This document shows positions 1 through 9,741 of a stretch of 64,000 nucleotides of DNA, one piece after another. This DNA is from Bryobacterales bacterium (GTDB lineage: Bacteria; Acidobacteriota; Terriglobia; Bryobacterales; UBA6623). The first letter of the stretch is position 1, and each line of letters starts with the position of its first letter. The stretch covers positions 960,001 through 1,024,000 of the forward strand of contig OY729428.2 of NCBI GenBank assembly GCA_963422375.2. Reading direction: 5' to 3'. The notes below the pieces were generated by a model. The model saw only the letters and a program-made list of their open reading frames with translations, ran no database searches and had not been told where the DNA came from. Position numbers and translations under genes: made by a program.

Positions 1-1
1 A

Positions 2-184
2 ACGGCGGTCGAGGAGATTGACCCCCGCGGATTCGTCAGGGTCGGAGCTGAGCTCTGGCGCGCCGAGAGCCCGTCGCGAATCGACGAGGGGGGCCTTGTG
101 CGAGTCACTGGATGGGAGGGCATGACCCTCAGCGTTCAAGCCGAGCTCCCGGAACGCCGAGACATCCCCGAACGCCCCTCGTAG
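2..184 (+). CDS. NfeD-family protein, C-terminal OB-fold part (5' end outside window)
   Basis: Manual translation TAVEEIDPRGFVRVGAELWRAESPSRIDEGGLVRVTGWEGMTLSVQ...* fits the NfeD C-terminal pattern GxVxVxGELWxA...GxxVxV...GxTLxV. Confidence 0.75.
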   Translation, partial: TAVEEIDPRGFVRVGAELWRAESPSRIDEGGLVRVTGWEGMTLSVQAELPERRDIPERPS

Positions 185-221
185 GTTGCGCTCCCTCGGC
201 GGGCGCCTGCGCTCGCTGAGG

Positions 222-1679
222 TCAGGGATCGAGTTCGGCGGTGATCCGGGCTTCCAGGGCGGAGGCTCCTCTCTCGCGAGCATGCAACAGTGCTAGGCGA
301 CCGTATTCCCTCGACCGGTCGGACTGCCCGAGCTCGCGATACACGAGCGCGAGCACGAACGCATGCAGCGGCGTCCCCTCGCTGTCGGTGCCAACTGCCC
401 GCTCGAGATAAGGCAAGGCCTGTCGATACTTGCCCGCCTCAGCGAGGCGTCTCCCGACGTGGAAATTCGCCATGGGGTGCGACGGATTGTGCTCGAGTGC
501 CCTGAGGTACTGCCGCCCGGCGTCGGCGTGGCGCCCGATCGCGTCCAGCGACGCTCCCAAGTTGCTATGAGCGTCCGCGTTGAGCGGGTTAATGGCGAGG
601 GCCTTCTCGAACGCCTCGGCCGCGCCGTCGAAGTCCTCGGCGAAGTGGCGCGAGACGCCGTAGTTGTAGTGGGCCTCGGCGATCGACGGATCGAGTTCGA
701 CCGAGCGGCGGTAGTGCAGGGCAGCCTGCTCGTGGTTGCCCAGCTCGCCGTGAACCGCCACGAGGTTGACGTGCGCCTGCACGTAGTTCGGGTCTATCTC
801 GAGCGCTGCGGCGTACGAGGTGATCGCCATCTGCAGGTCGCCGCCTTGCTGGAAGGCGCGTCCGTCATTGAAGGCCTCCTGCACGCTGCCCGCTCGGATC
901 TCGTCGAGAGCGTCGAGAACGGGGTCTGAGTAGTGGCGTCGCGGCGACGGATCTGCCTGCTCGTAGAGAGCCAGCTGGCGGTCGGCGTCGGCATGGCGGC
1001 CGAGTGAGCGGTACACGCCCGCAAGAGCGTAGAGCGCTTCCCGGTAGTCCGGCTCCACGGCGAGGGCAGCCCGGAGGTCCTCCGCTGCGGCCGCCGGATC
1101 CTCGGCCGCGTCGAGACGAGCGAGCCGGTACCGCACGGCAGGGCTACGGGGGGCGTTGTGCAGGGCAGCTTCGAGAATCGACCTTGAACCGGCGCTTTCG
1201 CCGGACCTCTCCAGCAGATCCGCCCGGCGTATCGCAGTCGGCAGGTCGTCCGGCCTGACCGACACCGCCCTAGCGAACGCGGCGCTGGCCGCGTCGAATT
1301 GCCCCAGATCGGAGCGCGCGAGCCCTAGCAGGTACGCCCACTCGAAGCCGTCAGGTTCCAAGCCGAGACAACGCTCGAAGCACTGACCTGCGGCCTCGTA
1401 CTGCCCGTACGCGTAAAGGGCCCGTCCCAGGGCGCCGACCGCCCTAGCGTCCCGAGGGGCAGACGCCGCGGCCTCGAGAGCTGATTCCAGCTGTTTCTGC
1501 ACCAGGCCTGCGAACCCGTCCAAGACCGGCTCCGGCAACGGCGGCAAGGAGCCCGCAGGCCAGATCCAAACTGCCGCCGCGGCGACCGCCGCAAGCGAGA
1601 CCGCGACGAGAATCCGCCTCGTCAAGGACCAACGGCCGGGCTGGCCGGCGATTCTGGCCCGGGGCGGCTTGGCTCCCAT
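222..1679 (-). CDS. Membrane-anchored tetratricopeptide repeat protein
   Basis: N-terminal hydrophobic segment (ILVAVSLAAVAAAAVWIW) followed by many TPR motifs (e.g. AHYNYGVS...ALAINPLNADAHSNLG). Start placed at ATG 1679, just downstream of the tolC-like stop. Confidence 0.85.
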   Translation of the reverse strand: MGAKPPRARIAGQPGRWSLTRRILVAVSLAAVAAAAVWIWPAGSLPPLPEPVLDGFAGLVQKQLESALEAAASAPRDARAVGALGRALYAYGQYEAAGQCFERCLGLEPDGFEWAYLLGLARSDLGQFDAASAAFARAVSVRPDDLPTAIRRADLLERSGESAGSRSILEAALHNAPRSPAVRYRLARLDAAEDPAAAAEDLRAALAVEPDYREALYALAGVYRSLGRHADADRQLALYEQADPSPRRHYSDPVLDALDEIRAGSVQEAFNDGRAFQQGGDLQMAITSYAAALEIDPNYVQAHVNLVAVHGELGNHEQAALHYRRSVELDPSIAEAHYNYGVSRHFAEDFDGAAEAFEKALAINPLNADAHSNLGASLDAIGRHADAGRQYLRALEHNPSHPMANFHVGRRLAEAGKYRQALPYLERAVGTDSEGTPLHAFVLALVYRELGQSDRSREYGRLALLHARERGASALEARITAELDP

Positions 1680-1737
1680 CGCTGCAGTCCAGTTTCGCCG
1701 ATTCGAGAGCCGCCGTTCTCCGCTTCTGCTAGCGCTC

Positions 1738-3075
1738 TCAGTCCGCGAACGCCCCTTGAATCGCGCCCGCCGCATAGACCACTCGTAGCTGCGCCCTTGC
1801 CAAAGCGTACTGCGACTCCAACAGCCCGCCCCAAGCGGAGGATTCGAGCTCGCGAGCTCGCTCCAGCTCGTCGAGCGCGATGCGCCCCTCCTCAAATCGG
1901 GCCAGCACGACGTCGAGATTCTCGCGCGCGTAATCGAGTTCCAGCCTGGCGAGTCGGCGAAGGCGCTCGGCCTCCCGCAGGACGGCGTAGGAACGCTGCC
2001 CGTCCAGTTCGATCGCCTCGCGCTTGGCTTCCTGCTGCAGCCGGAGTCCGCGCTCGTCGAGCCTTGCCCGACCGACCCGCTCGGCCACGCCCCGGCCGGT
2101 GAAGAGGGGGACTTCCAAGGCGACGCCGGCTTGCCAGTTGTGCCGCTGGAAGCGCCGGAAGTAATCGTCGTAGTTGTTGAAGCGGGCCAGAAGGGCGTAC
2201 TGCCCCACGATGTCCAGCCGGGGCAGCCGTTCGGAGCGCGCGGCGCGCGCCCGATGGCGCGCCGCTAGGATTCTCGCTTCGAGGGCGGCCACCTCGGGAT
2301 GGTCGTCCGTCCGGCGCGGCACCGCGCGAGCTGCCGCATCCCTGAGCACCGATGCCGTGTCGGCACCCTCCGGATCCGGCCGCAGGCGGACGTCCGGGCC
2401 GAAGCCCAGGGCCACCCTCAGGTCTGACTCCAGCAGGGAGGCGCGAGCCTCGGACGAGGCGAGCCGGGAACGAGCCCGTTCCGTGTCTAGTCTCGACCGG
2501 CTGAGCGCCAGCGGAATCTCGACGCCTTCCTCCACCCGGGTTGACACGACACCTTCGATGCGCTCGAGACGCTCCACGCCGAGCCGCAGGCGCTCGATTT
2601 CGCGGGTCGCCAGCTCGAGGTCGAGAAACAGCGTCGTGGCGCGATAGGCAGACTCCTCGGCGGTCGCGGTCGCTGCGTACTCCCCGGACCGGATCATTTC
2701 GCGAGCTCCGTCCGCCCAGCGAGGACGCCGACTGTCGAGGAGCGGCTGCCGCAGAGTCACTTGCGCGGCCGACGGCGCGGCTCCCTGAATGCTCTGCGGG
2801 ATCCCGGAGGTGGCGCCCAGGCCCGATCCCCCGTACGCCTGGAGCGAGCCTTCGGCACGGGCGAGCGCGAGGTCGCTGCGAGATTTCTCGACCTCGAGCC
2901 GGGCGAGCCGCACGTCCGGACTCCGCCCCAAGGCAATTCGCGCCACCTCGGCCAGACCGATGGGCCGGGCAGTAGCGGGCCCCTCCGCGGCACCGCGAAT
3001 CGAGACGGCCAGCAGACCGGCCGTGGCGACGCCGAGGAGCGTCGGGCGGAACTTGGGAAGCTGCGCTAAGAGCAT
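1738..3075 (-). CDS. TolC-family outer membrane efflux protein
   Basis: Signal peptide; two repeats with SPDVRLA/HPEVAAL, VTLRQPLLD and GVALEVPLFTG; RFEEGRIALDEL. Start could alternatively be 3141. Confidence 0.85.
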   Translation of the reverse strand: MLLAQLPKFRPTLLGVATAGLLAVSIRGAAEGPATARPIGLAEVARIALGRSPDVRLARLEVEKSRSDLALARAEGSLQAYGGSGLGATSGIPQSIQGAAPSAAQVTLRQPLLDSRRPRWADGAREMIRSGEYAATATAEESAYRATTLFLDLELATREIERLRLGVERLERIEGVVSTRVEEGVEIPLALSRSRLDTERARSRLASSEARASLLESDLRVALGFGPDVRLRPDPEGADTASVLRDAAARAVPRRTDDHPEVAALEARILAARHRARAARSERLPRLDIVGQYALLARFNNYDDYFRRFQRHNWQAGVALEVPLFTGRGVAERVGRARLDERGLRLQQEAKREAIELDGQRSYAVLREAERLRRLARLELDYARENLDVVLARFEEGRIALDELERARELESSAWGGLLESQYALARAQLRVVYAAGAIQGAFAD

Positions 3076-3202
3076 GGGATCATTCAGCGGGCGCGGGGGA
3101 GCGCCCGCCGGAGGCACGCGCGGCTCGGACGGAGCGATCAAGCCGAGTCGGCAATCGGGACGGCCCGTACATCCTCAAGGTTCGGCCTGGCGGCGCGCCG
3201 CG

Positions 3203-4666
3203 CTAGGCGCTCGTGAGAACCTCCGCGAGATCTTGGTGCCCGCCGACATCGGTCAAGCGGAACTCGCGGCCTTGGAACGGATACGTGAGGCTTTCGTGCT
3301 CGAGCCCGAGCAGCCGGAGGATCGTCGCGTGCAGGTCGTGGACATGCACCCTGCTGTCCTGCGCGTTCAGCCCGATTTCGTCCGTCGAGCCGATCGCCCT
3401 GCCGCCCTTGACGCCGCCGCCCGCCATCCACACCGTGAAGCCGTAGGGGTTGTGGTCGCGGCCCGCGTTGTTCCTAGAGCCCCCTTCCCCTCCGTCCGTG
3501 AACGGCGTCCGCCCGAAGTCGCCGCCCCAGATCACGAGGGTCTGGTCCAGCAGCCCCCGAGCCTTGAGGTCCTCCAGCAAGGCGGCGATGGGCCGGTCGA
3601 CCTGGGCCGCCATCGTTTCGTGGTTGTAGTCGATCTGGTTGTGGCCGTCCCAGCCCGGGCTGGCGCCGTTGTTCCCGCAGCCCGAATAGAGTTGGATGAA
3701 CCGGACGCCGCGCTCGACCATGCGACGAGCCAGCAGGCACTGCTTGCCGAACGGGCGCGAAACGGCGTCGTCGAGCCCGTACAGCGCTTGCGTGGCGGTC
3801 GTCTCGGACGAGATGTCGGCGACTTCCGGAGCGGAGGCCTGCATTCGGAAGGCCAGCTCGTAGGCCGTCATGCGCGCTTCCAGCTCCGTATCGTCCGAGC
3901 GGGTCTGGAGGTGCCTTCGGTTGAACCAGTCCAGCTTGTCCATGAGCAGGCGCTGCCGTTCGGGGGCGTGCGGCCCGGGCCGTCGGATGTTCAGGATCGG
4001 CGGCCCCTCGCTGCGCAGGACGGTGCCTTGGTACATCGCGGGCAGGAAGCCGGAGCCGTAGGCCGGCGACCCCGACTTGATGCCCCCGTCGAGCATGACC
4101 ACGAAGGCGGGAAGATTCTCGCTCTCGGAGCCCAGGCCGTAGACGACCCACGAGCCGAGGCTCGGCCGCCCGACCTGCGCCCAGCCGGTGTTCATCCAGT
4201 TCTGGCCGGTGATGTGAGTGAACCCGTCGTGATGGCACGAACGGATCACGGCCAGGTCGTCGGCGTGACGAGCGACGTTCGAAAACAGGTCCGAGACTTC
4301 AATGCCCGACTCTCCGTGGCGCGAGAAGACTCTCGGCGTGCCCAGCAGCGGCACGCGGTCCATCTTCGTGAATTGGAAGTCCCTCGCGCGGAACGACTCC
4401 GGCACCGGCTGCCCGTCGTACTTCTGCAGCAGGGGCTTGGGATCGAACGTGTCCAAGTGGCTCGGCCCGCCGTGCATGAACAGGAAGATCACGCTCCGAG
4501 CCTTGGCGGGGAGCGGCGCCTCCTTGGACGCAAGCGGATTCGTGCGCCCGGATGCGCGACCGTCCCCCGCGAGCAGGCAGGAGGCAGCCAAGCCGCCGAA
4601 GCCGAGGCCGGCCCCTTCGAGGAAGTCGCGCCGCGAGGGGGGGCGCGTAGCGTGTCGGCTGAACAT
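3203..4666 (-). CDS. DUF1501 family protein with Tat signal (copy 1)
   Basis: SRRDFL Tat motif; VIFLFMHGGPSHLDTFDPKP, LARRMVERGVRF, WGGDFGRTP, GRDH and VHVHDLHATIL. Confidence 0.92.
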   Translation of the reverse strand: MFSRHATRPPSRRDFLEGAGLGFGGLAASCLLAGDGRASGRTNPLASKEAPLPAKARSVIFLFMHGGPSHLDTFDPKPLLQKYDGQPVPESFRARDFQFTKMDRVPLLGTPRVFSRHGESGIEVSDLFSNVARHADDLAVIRSCHHDGFTHITGQNWMNTGWAQVGRPSLGSWVVYGLGSESENLPAFVVMLDGGIKSGSPAYGSGFLPAMYQGTVLRSEGPPILNIRRPGPHAPERQRLLMDKLDWFNRRHLQTRSDDTELEARMTAYELAFRMQASAPEVADISSETTATQALYGLDDAVSRPFGKQCLLARRMVERGVRFIQLYSGCGNNGASPGWDGHNQIDYNHETMAAQVDRPIAALLEDLKARGLLDQTLVIWGGDFGRTPFTDGGEGGSRNNAGRDHNPYGFTVWMAGGGVKGGRAIGSTDEIGLNAQDSRVHVHDLHATILRLLGLEHESLTYPFQGREFRLTDVGGHQDLAEVLTSA

Positions 4667-4674
4667 GGCGATCC

Positions 4675-7146
4675 TCAGTCGATGTAGACGAATTCGTTGA
4701 GGTTGAAGACCATCAGGCCGAATTCCTCGGGTCCCGCCCGAGCGAGCAGATCCGCGGCGCTGTCGACTTCCTCCGCGGACGGCGGCCTGGAGAACGCCAG
4801 ATCCCACGCTGCTCGCACGATCTCCGCGCTGTCGCCGGCGCTTTCGAGGCGCTTGGCGAAGGCTCCCGCAGCCTGCAGCATGAACGTGCTGTTGAGCAGG
4901 GTCAGGGCTTGCGGGGCGACCGTGGTCACGGCCCGCCGGCCGCAGCTGACCGCCGGGTCGGGGGCGTCGAAGGTCTTGAACATCGGGTACGGGAACTGGC
5001 GCTTGGCGAAGATGTACACGCTGCGACGGCGGTGCTCGGACGGATCCAGCGACTCGGGCCAGTCGTCCCGGTCCCACATGCCCAGGCGCTCCTCGGCCGA
5101 GAGGGGCGGCAGGACCGGGCGGCCGCCCATCTTCGTGTTCAAGGTTCCCGCGACGGCCAAGACGGCGTCGCGCATGCTCTCGGCGTCGAGGCGCCTGCGG
5201 TTCATGCGCCAGAGAAACCGGTTCTCGGGATCCCTTGCCGAGTTCGGCTCCGAGGGAGACGAGGCTAGGCGGTACGCGCTCGAGAGCATTACCAGCCGGT
5301 GCATCGCCTTGACGCTCCAGCCGCGAGCGACGAACTCCGCGGCGAGCCAGTCCAGCAGTTGCGGGTGCGACGGGAGCTCGCCCTGACGCCCGAAGTTGTT
5401 GGGCGTGCCCACGAGGCCGCGGCCGAAGTGCCCCTGCCAGATCCGGTTGACCATCACCCTAGCCACCAGCGGGTTCGACGGATCGGCCAGCCAGTCGGCC
5501 AAAGCCTTGCGGCGGACTCCTCCGACATCCGGCTCAAGCGGGTCCAAGGCGGCGGGCAGACCCGCTTCGACGACCTCCCTCTCGGACCGCCAGTCCCCCC
5601 TGTGCGTCATGCGCACGGGATACGCCACTTCGGCCCGGCCGAGAACGGCGGCCGTCGGCAGGTCGAACCGCGCGGCTACGGCCGCCTCGCCCAGCTCGGC
5701 GATCAGGACGTTCCGACGGGCGCGCTCCTCCGCCGTGTAGGGCAGGTCCGCCGCGTAGCCGCCGGGATTCTCGAGCACGCCCGCTTCGGTGAGGGCGCGC
5801 TCCAAGACGGCAGCCCTTGCCTGCTCCGCGACCGAGCGATTCGCTCTCGGCTTGCGGTAGGCGGCCACGATGTCGCGAGCGAAGCCGCTCGCAATCTCGT
5901 CGACGAGACGCTCTCGCGCCTTCTTCTCGAGGGCCTTGATCGCTTGCTGGAACTCGAAGACCTTCAGCTGCCTCGGGTACCCGGAGTAATACCCGAACTC
6001 GGACATCCTGCTGGTGACCGTGATGCGCCGGATCTCGCTGCCCCCGAAGAACGCCATCAGTCGGTGATAGTCCTTCTGGGAGATCGGATCGAACTTGTGG
6101 TCGTGGCAGCGCGCGCATCCGATCGTGATTCCGAGGAAGGCCTCGCCGGTCACGTCGACCGAATCCACCATCCACTCGTAACGCAGCTGGCCTCCGTTCA
6201 GGGCCGCCTCGTGGTAGACGGTCCCAACCGTGTAGAGCCCCGTGCCGATGCGGGCTTCCAAGTGGCGCTGCTTCTCCGCCGGGATGTCGTACGACCCACG
6301 CAGCTCGATGTCGTCCGGCCAGATCTCGTCCGCGGCGACCTGCTCGCGCACGAACCGGTCAAACGGCTTGTCGTCGTTGAAGGACTTGATCACGTAGTCG
6401 CGATAGCGCCACGCGTCAGGGAAATAGATGTCCGTTTCGAAACCGCCGCTGTCGGCGTAGCGCACCACGTCCAGCCAGTAGCGTCCCCAGCGCTCCCCGT
6501 AGCGCTCGGATTCGAGGAGCCGGTCGACCACCCGCTCGAAGGCGTCAGTGGAGTCGTCGCGCAGGAACGCGTCGACCTCCTCGGGGGAGGGCGGGAGGCC
6601 GTGCAGGTCGAACGTCGCCCGTCGCAGCCACGTGCGACGGTCGGCCGCGGCCACGGGCTCGAGGCCCAGCTCGAACCATTTCCGCGCGATGAACCGGTCC
6701 ACTCCCGTCCGCGCCCAGCCGTCGCCCTCCGCGGGCACCTCGGGCCTCGCTACAGGCTGGAATGACCACCAAGGATCGCCGCCTTGCGAGGGCGCCGATT
6801 CGGGCCACGATGCACCCGCATCGACCCACGCCCGCAGCGTCCGGATCTCCTCGGCGGGCAGGGGCTCGCCTTGCAAGGGCATGGCTAGGCCTCCCCGATG
6901 CAGGACCGCCCGCAGCAGGAGGCTGCCCGCGGCATCGCCGGGGACGATGCTCGGCCCGCGCTCTCCGCCGCGGAGCAGACCGTCTAGCGAGCGGATGTCG
7001 AGACCGGACATCGCTGCCGCGCCGTGGCAGGAAGCGCACTTGTCGGCGAGGATGCGAACGGCCGCGGAGGACTCGCTCGCCTTGGCTGCCGTGACCAGAC
7101 CCACCAAGACGGCCGCAGCTGGCAGGAACAACCGGATCGCGAGCAC
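4675..7146 (-). CDS. PSD1/planctomycete cytochrome c protein (DUF1549 + DUF1553), di-haem (copy 1)
   Basis: Signal peptide; CASCH and CARCHDHKFDP haem motifs; YGERWGRYWLDVVRYADS; PSHPQLLDWLA; RRLDAE; PQALTLLN; ends EFVYID 8 bp before the DUF1501 start. Confidence 0.92.
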   Translation of the reverse strand: MLAIRLFLPAAAVLVGLVTAAKASESSAAVRILADKCASCHGAAAMSGLDIRSLDGLLRGGERGPSIVPGDAAGSLLLRAVLHRGGLAMPLQGEPLPAEEIRTLRAWVDAGASWPESAPSQGGDPWWSFQPVARPEVPAEGDGWARTGVDRFIARKWFELGLEPVAAADRRTWLRRATFDLHGLPPSPEEVDAFLRDDSTDAFERVVDRLLESERYGERWGRYWLDVVRYADSGGFETDIYFPDAWRYRDYVIKSFNDDKPFDRFVREQVAADEIWPDDIELRGSYDIPAEKQRHLEARIGTGLYTVGTVYHEAALNGGQLRYEWMVDSVDVTGEAFLGITIGCARCHDHKFDPISQKDYHRLMAFFGGSEIRRITVTSRMSEFGYYSGYPRQLKVFEFQQAIKALEKKARERLVDEIASGFARDIVAAYRKPRANRSVAEQARAAVLERALTEAGVLENPGGYAADLPYTAEERARRNVLIAELGEAAVAARFDLPTAAVLGRAEVAYPVRMTHRGDWRSEREVVEAGLPAALDPLEPDVGGVRRKALADWLADPSNPLVARVMVNRIWQGHFGRGLVGTPNNFGRQGELPSHPQLLDWLAAEFVARGWSVKAMHRLVMLSSAYRLASSPSEPNSARDPENRFLWRMNRRRLDAESMRDAVLAVAGTLNTKMGGRPVLPPLSAEERLGMWDRDDWPESLDPSEHRRRSVYIFAKRQFPYPMFKTFDAPDPAVSCGRRAVTTVAPQALTLLNSTFMLQAAGAFAKRLESAGDSAEIVRAAWDLAFSRPPSAEEVDSAADLLARAGPEEFGLMVFNLNEFVYID

Positions 7147-7162
7147 GAGGTTAGCGCCTCGG

Positions 7163-7168
7163 ATTATA
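7163..7168 (-). promoter_or_regulatory. Putative sigma70 -10 element (TATAAT) for the PSD1-DUF1501-TolC-TPR operon
   Basis: Perfect TATAAT on the minus strand 16 nt upstream of the GTG at 7146, in otherwise very GC-rich DNA. Confidence 0.55.
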
Positions 7169-7269
7169 CAGCGAGCGCGGCTGCGCCACCGCGTGGGGCC
7201 GAATTGGCCCGCCAGCGCTCCCGCCCTCCGAATCCGCGGCCGCCAGCCGTGACGGCTACGCCGAGAACC

Positions 7270-8282
7270 GGCCGGTACCGCACGCAGATACAGTACCGGG
7301 TCATCGACGAGGTCGAACGCCCCGTCACCGTCGGTCGCGCCGCCGCCGATGCGGGCCTTGCCTGAGGGGGTGCGTCACGCACTCCTGCCCCGCGAGCGTC
7401 TGGACAGTGCTTGCGGGCTCCGAGCAGCCTAGGAACCGCGCTGCCATGACCGATGCCCCTGTCTCGCATGCGACCGTCGCCAGAAAACACAGGCCTCGCG
7501 AGCGGGGTCGCCTGCTGCTGCCGGCTGACGCCCACCGAGAAAGACCCCGGCGGAGGCGAACCTCCTCTCGGCGTCCACCTTGGAATCGACGCGCATCCTG
7601 CCGAACACCGACAACGGCTCCCGCAGTCCATCCGGCGCTTTCAGCCTCTTCGCGATCGATCACAGATACGGCTTGGTCTCGGTCGTCCCGAGCGCGAAGG
7701 AACACAGGAAGGGGGCCGATCCGCCGAGACGTCCCGATCCGCGGGTTCAGAGTACCGATACGCAACGGCCGAGCTTCGGATCGCCCTCCGCAACAGCCCG
7801 CATCCCGGAGCTTGGAACCCGCCAGGAGTGCTGTGCGCACGAGTCGCAGGACCTCCGGCGCGTGGAGACCGACCCTTCGAGAGCGCCTAGCCCAATATGC
7901 GCGCCCCGTGGAACTCGATCCGAAGCTCAAGGACGCGGGAGGCGTTCCGGCACTGCGCATCAACATCACTTGGGGCGACCGCAGGATGCACTTGTTCCCG
8001 AATTCGGCCGAAGCTCGGGAGGGGCTGCTCCGCGCCGCCGGAGCCGAGGGCATCCGCAACGTCGAGACGCCACGCCGACCGCGAAGTGCCGCCGACGAGC
8101 TCGGTTCGGCTTGGATGGACATCCACTTGGGACGCCCCGTGCAAGTCCGCTCTGCGCCAGCGAACCACGCTCGCGAGACTAGCAACTGGTTCCTGAGGGA
8201 TGGCGCAGCCCTCTCCATGATCGCGTGCGTGAATCCGACGACGATGCTGCTCTTGCCCTTCAAGCTACGGAGCGCCTTGTGA
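7270..8282 (+). pseudogene. GMC-family oxidoreductase remnant (frameshifted, N-terminus missing)
   Basis: Fragments in different frames: RCGPCLRGCVTHS, TDAPVSH, NTGLASGV, ASTLESTRILPN, VELDPKLKDAGGVPALRI, DELGSAWM and FLRDGA...CVNPT. These match GMC flavoprotein motifs in the expected order. Confidence 0.75.
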
Positions 8283-8499
8283 ACCTTGCCCAGCGAGGCC
8301 CCCGGGGTCGACGCCGGCAGGCGGCGCATCACCCTCGGCGAGTATTCTCGCGAGACTACGAGGCGCTACCGAAGTATCCTGGCGATATCGAGCGAATTCG
8401 CATTGGCCGGGGAGCCGGGCCCAAGGGATACGCTCCGCTGTCCGATAGCGCCAGCCCTTCGCCGCGGGGTGGAGGCGCCCGAGCGACAAGTTGATCGTC

Positions 8500-9133
8500 C
8501 GAACGCTCACCGTGCTCTCGATCAACCGCTCTCGCCCGCTGCCCCCGGCGACCGTGCTGACCGTCCCGCTCCGCAGGTCCAACTTGCGGACGCGGCTATT
8601 CCGTGAATCGGCGACGTACCGGGCGCGTCTCGCGGGGTCCACCCAAAGTCCGCTGGGATGGCCGAACTTAGCCTCGGACACGGGACCGTCGTCCCCGCCG
8701 AAGCGCTCGAAGCCCAGACCCGCAAACGGTCCGACCTCGCAGCCGCGCCCTCGGTCAACGATTCTTAGCACCAGGCTGTTGCGGGTGTCCGCCACGTAGA
8801 CGTTGCCGCCGCGATCCACGGCCACGACTTCGGGCTTGGTGAGCAGGGACCTGCGGGACGGAACCGTCGCACCGCCCGAGTCCCCCCGGTACATTCTTCG
8901 TTCCGGCGAGCGTGAGGAGCCGCCCGTTGGAGCCCACTTTCGGGTCTCCGTGCCAGCCGTACTCGGCGATGTACAGGTTCCCAGCGCCGTCCAGGGCAAC
9001 GCGGGACGGCGTCAGGACCGCTGGCACCGTGAGGGCCGGGCGCGAGTCGTCGGGCCTAGTCGCTTCGACTGTGCTCATCCGTCCGGGGGACAGATCCACC
9101 CTGCGGACCCGGTGATTCCAAGTATCGGCGATC
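8500..9133 (-). pseudogene. NHL-repeat protein remnant
   Basis: IADTWNHRVRRVD, PSRVALDGAGNLYIAE, PEVVAVDRGGNVYVADTRN, FGGDDGP and YVADSRNSRVRKLD spread over two frames; no start. Confidence 0.75.
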
Positions 9134-9139
9134 TAGCGG

Positions 9140-9741
9140 GCGGTCGCGGCTAATACGCTCGACCGGGAGATCCTTGCAGCACTCGAGACCCCCGAAGACC
9201 TGCACGGCCCAGTCCGCCACTGGGCCGAGCCTATCCGACAAGCACGCCTTGACCATCGAGACCTTTGCGCGCAGGTCGCAGCCCCGGTCGATGTCCCAAG
9301 CGGCCTCCAAGCATAGCGGCCTCGCGGACGCGGTGTCGATCGCGCTGCCGGACAGCTGCGACCAGATCAGCTGGAACTCGCCGATCGGGACGCCGAACTG
9401 GCAGCGTTCGCGGGCGTGGCGCGTCATCATCTCGAGCAGCAGCGTGGCCGTGCCGACCGCCCGTGCCCCGCAGTCGAAGAGCCGGACGCGCCCGATCAAG
9501 CCGAGCACGAGTCGCAGCCCGCGTCCATGCTCCGCGAGCAGGTGCTCGCGCCCGAGCCGCACATCGTCGAAGGACAGCTCGACGCGACTGCCGCCTCGCA
9601 GGCCCATCGTGGGCTGGCTGCGCCCGACCGACCCGCCCTTCATGGCCTTGTCGATTAGGAACAGCGAGATGCCACTCGCGCCGGCGTCCGGCTCGGTCCG
9701 GGCGGTCACCGCGAAGAAGTCGGCGAATGCCCCGTGTCCAT
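9140..9741 (-). pseudogene. Acyl-CoA dehydrogenase, C-terminal half only
   Basis: ADFFAVTART...GISLFLID, MGLRG...ELSFDDV, RCQFGVPIGEFQLI, AVQVFGG...PVERISRD. The N-terminal domain is absent and the fragment abuts the SDR stop codon. Confidence 0.8.

Noticed and set aside
2789..4687. 632-aa plus-strand ORF, and similar long ORFs at 5299-6765, 15857-17692, 29562-31154, 55088-56833, 57778-59967 and 61126-63132
   Set aside because: Antisense shadows of well-supported genes; high-GC codon bias suppresses stops and they show no family motifs
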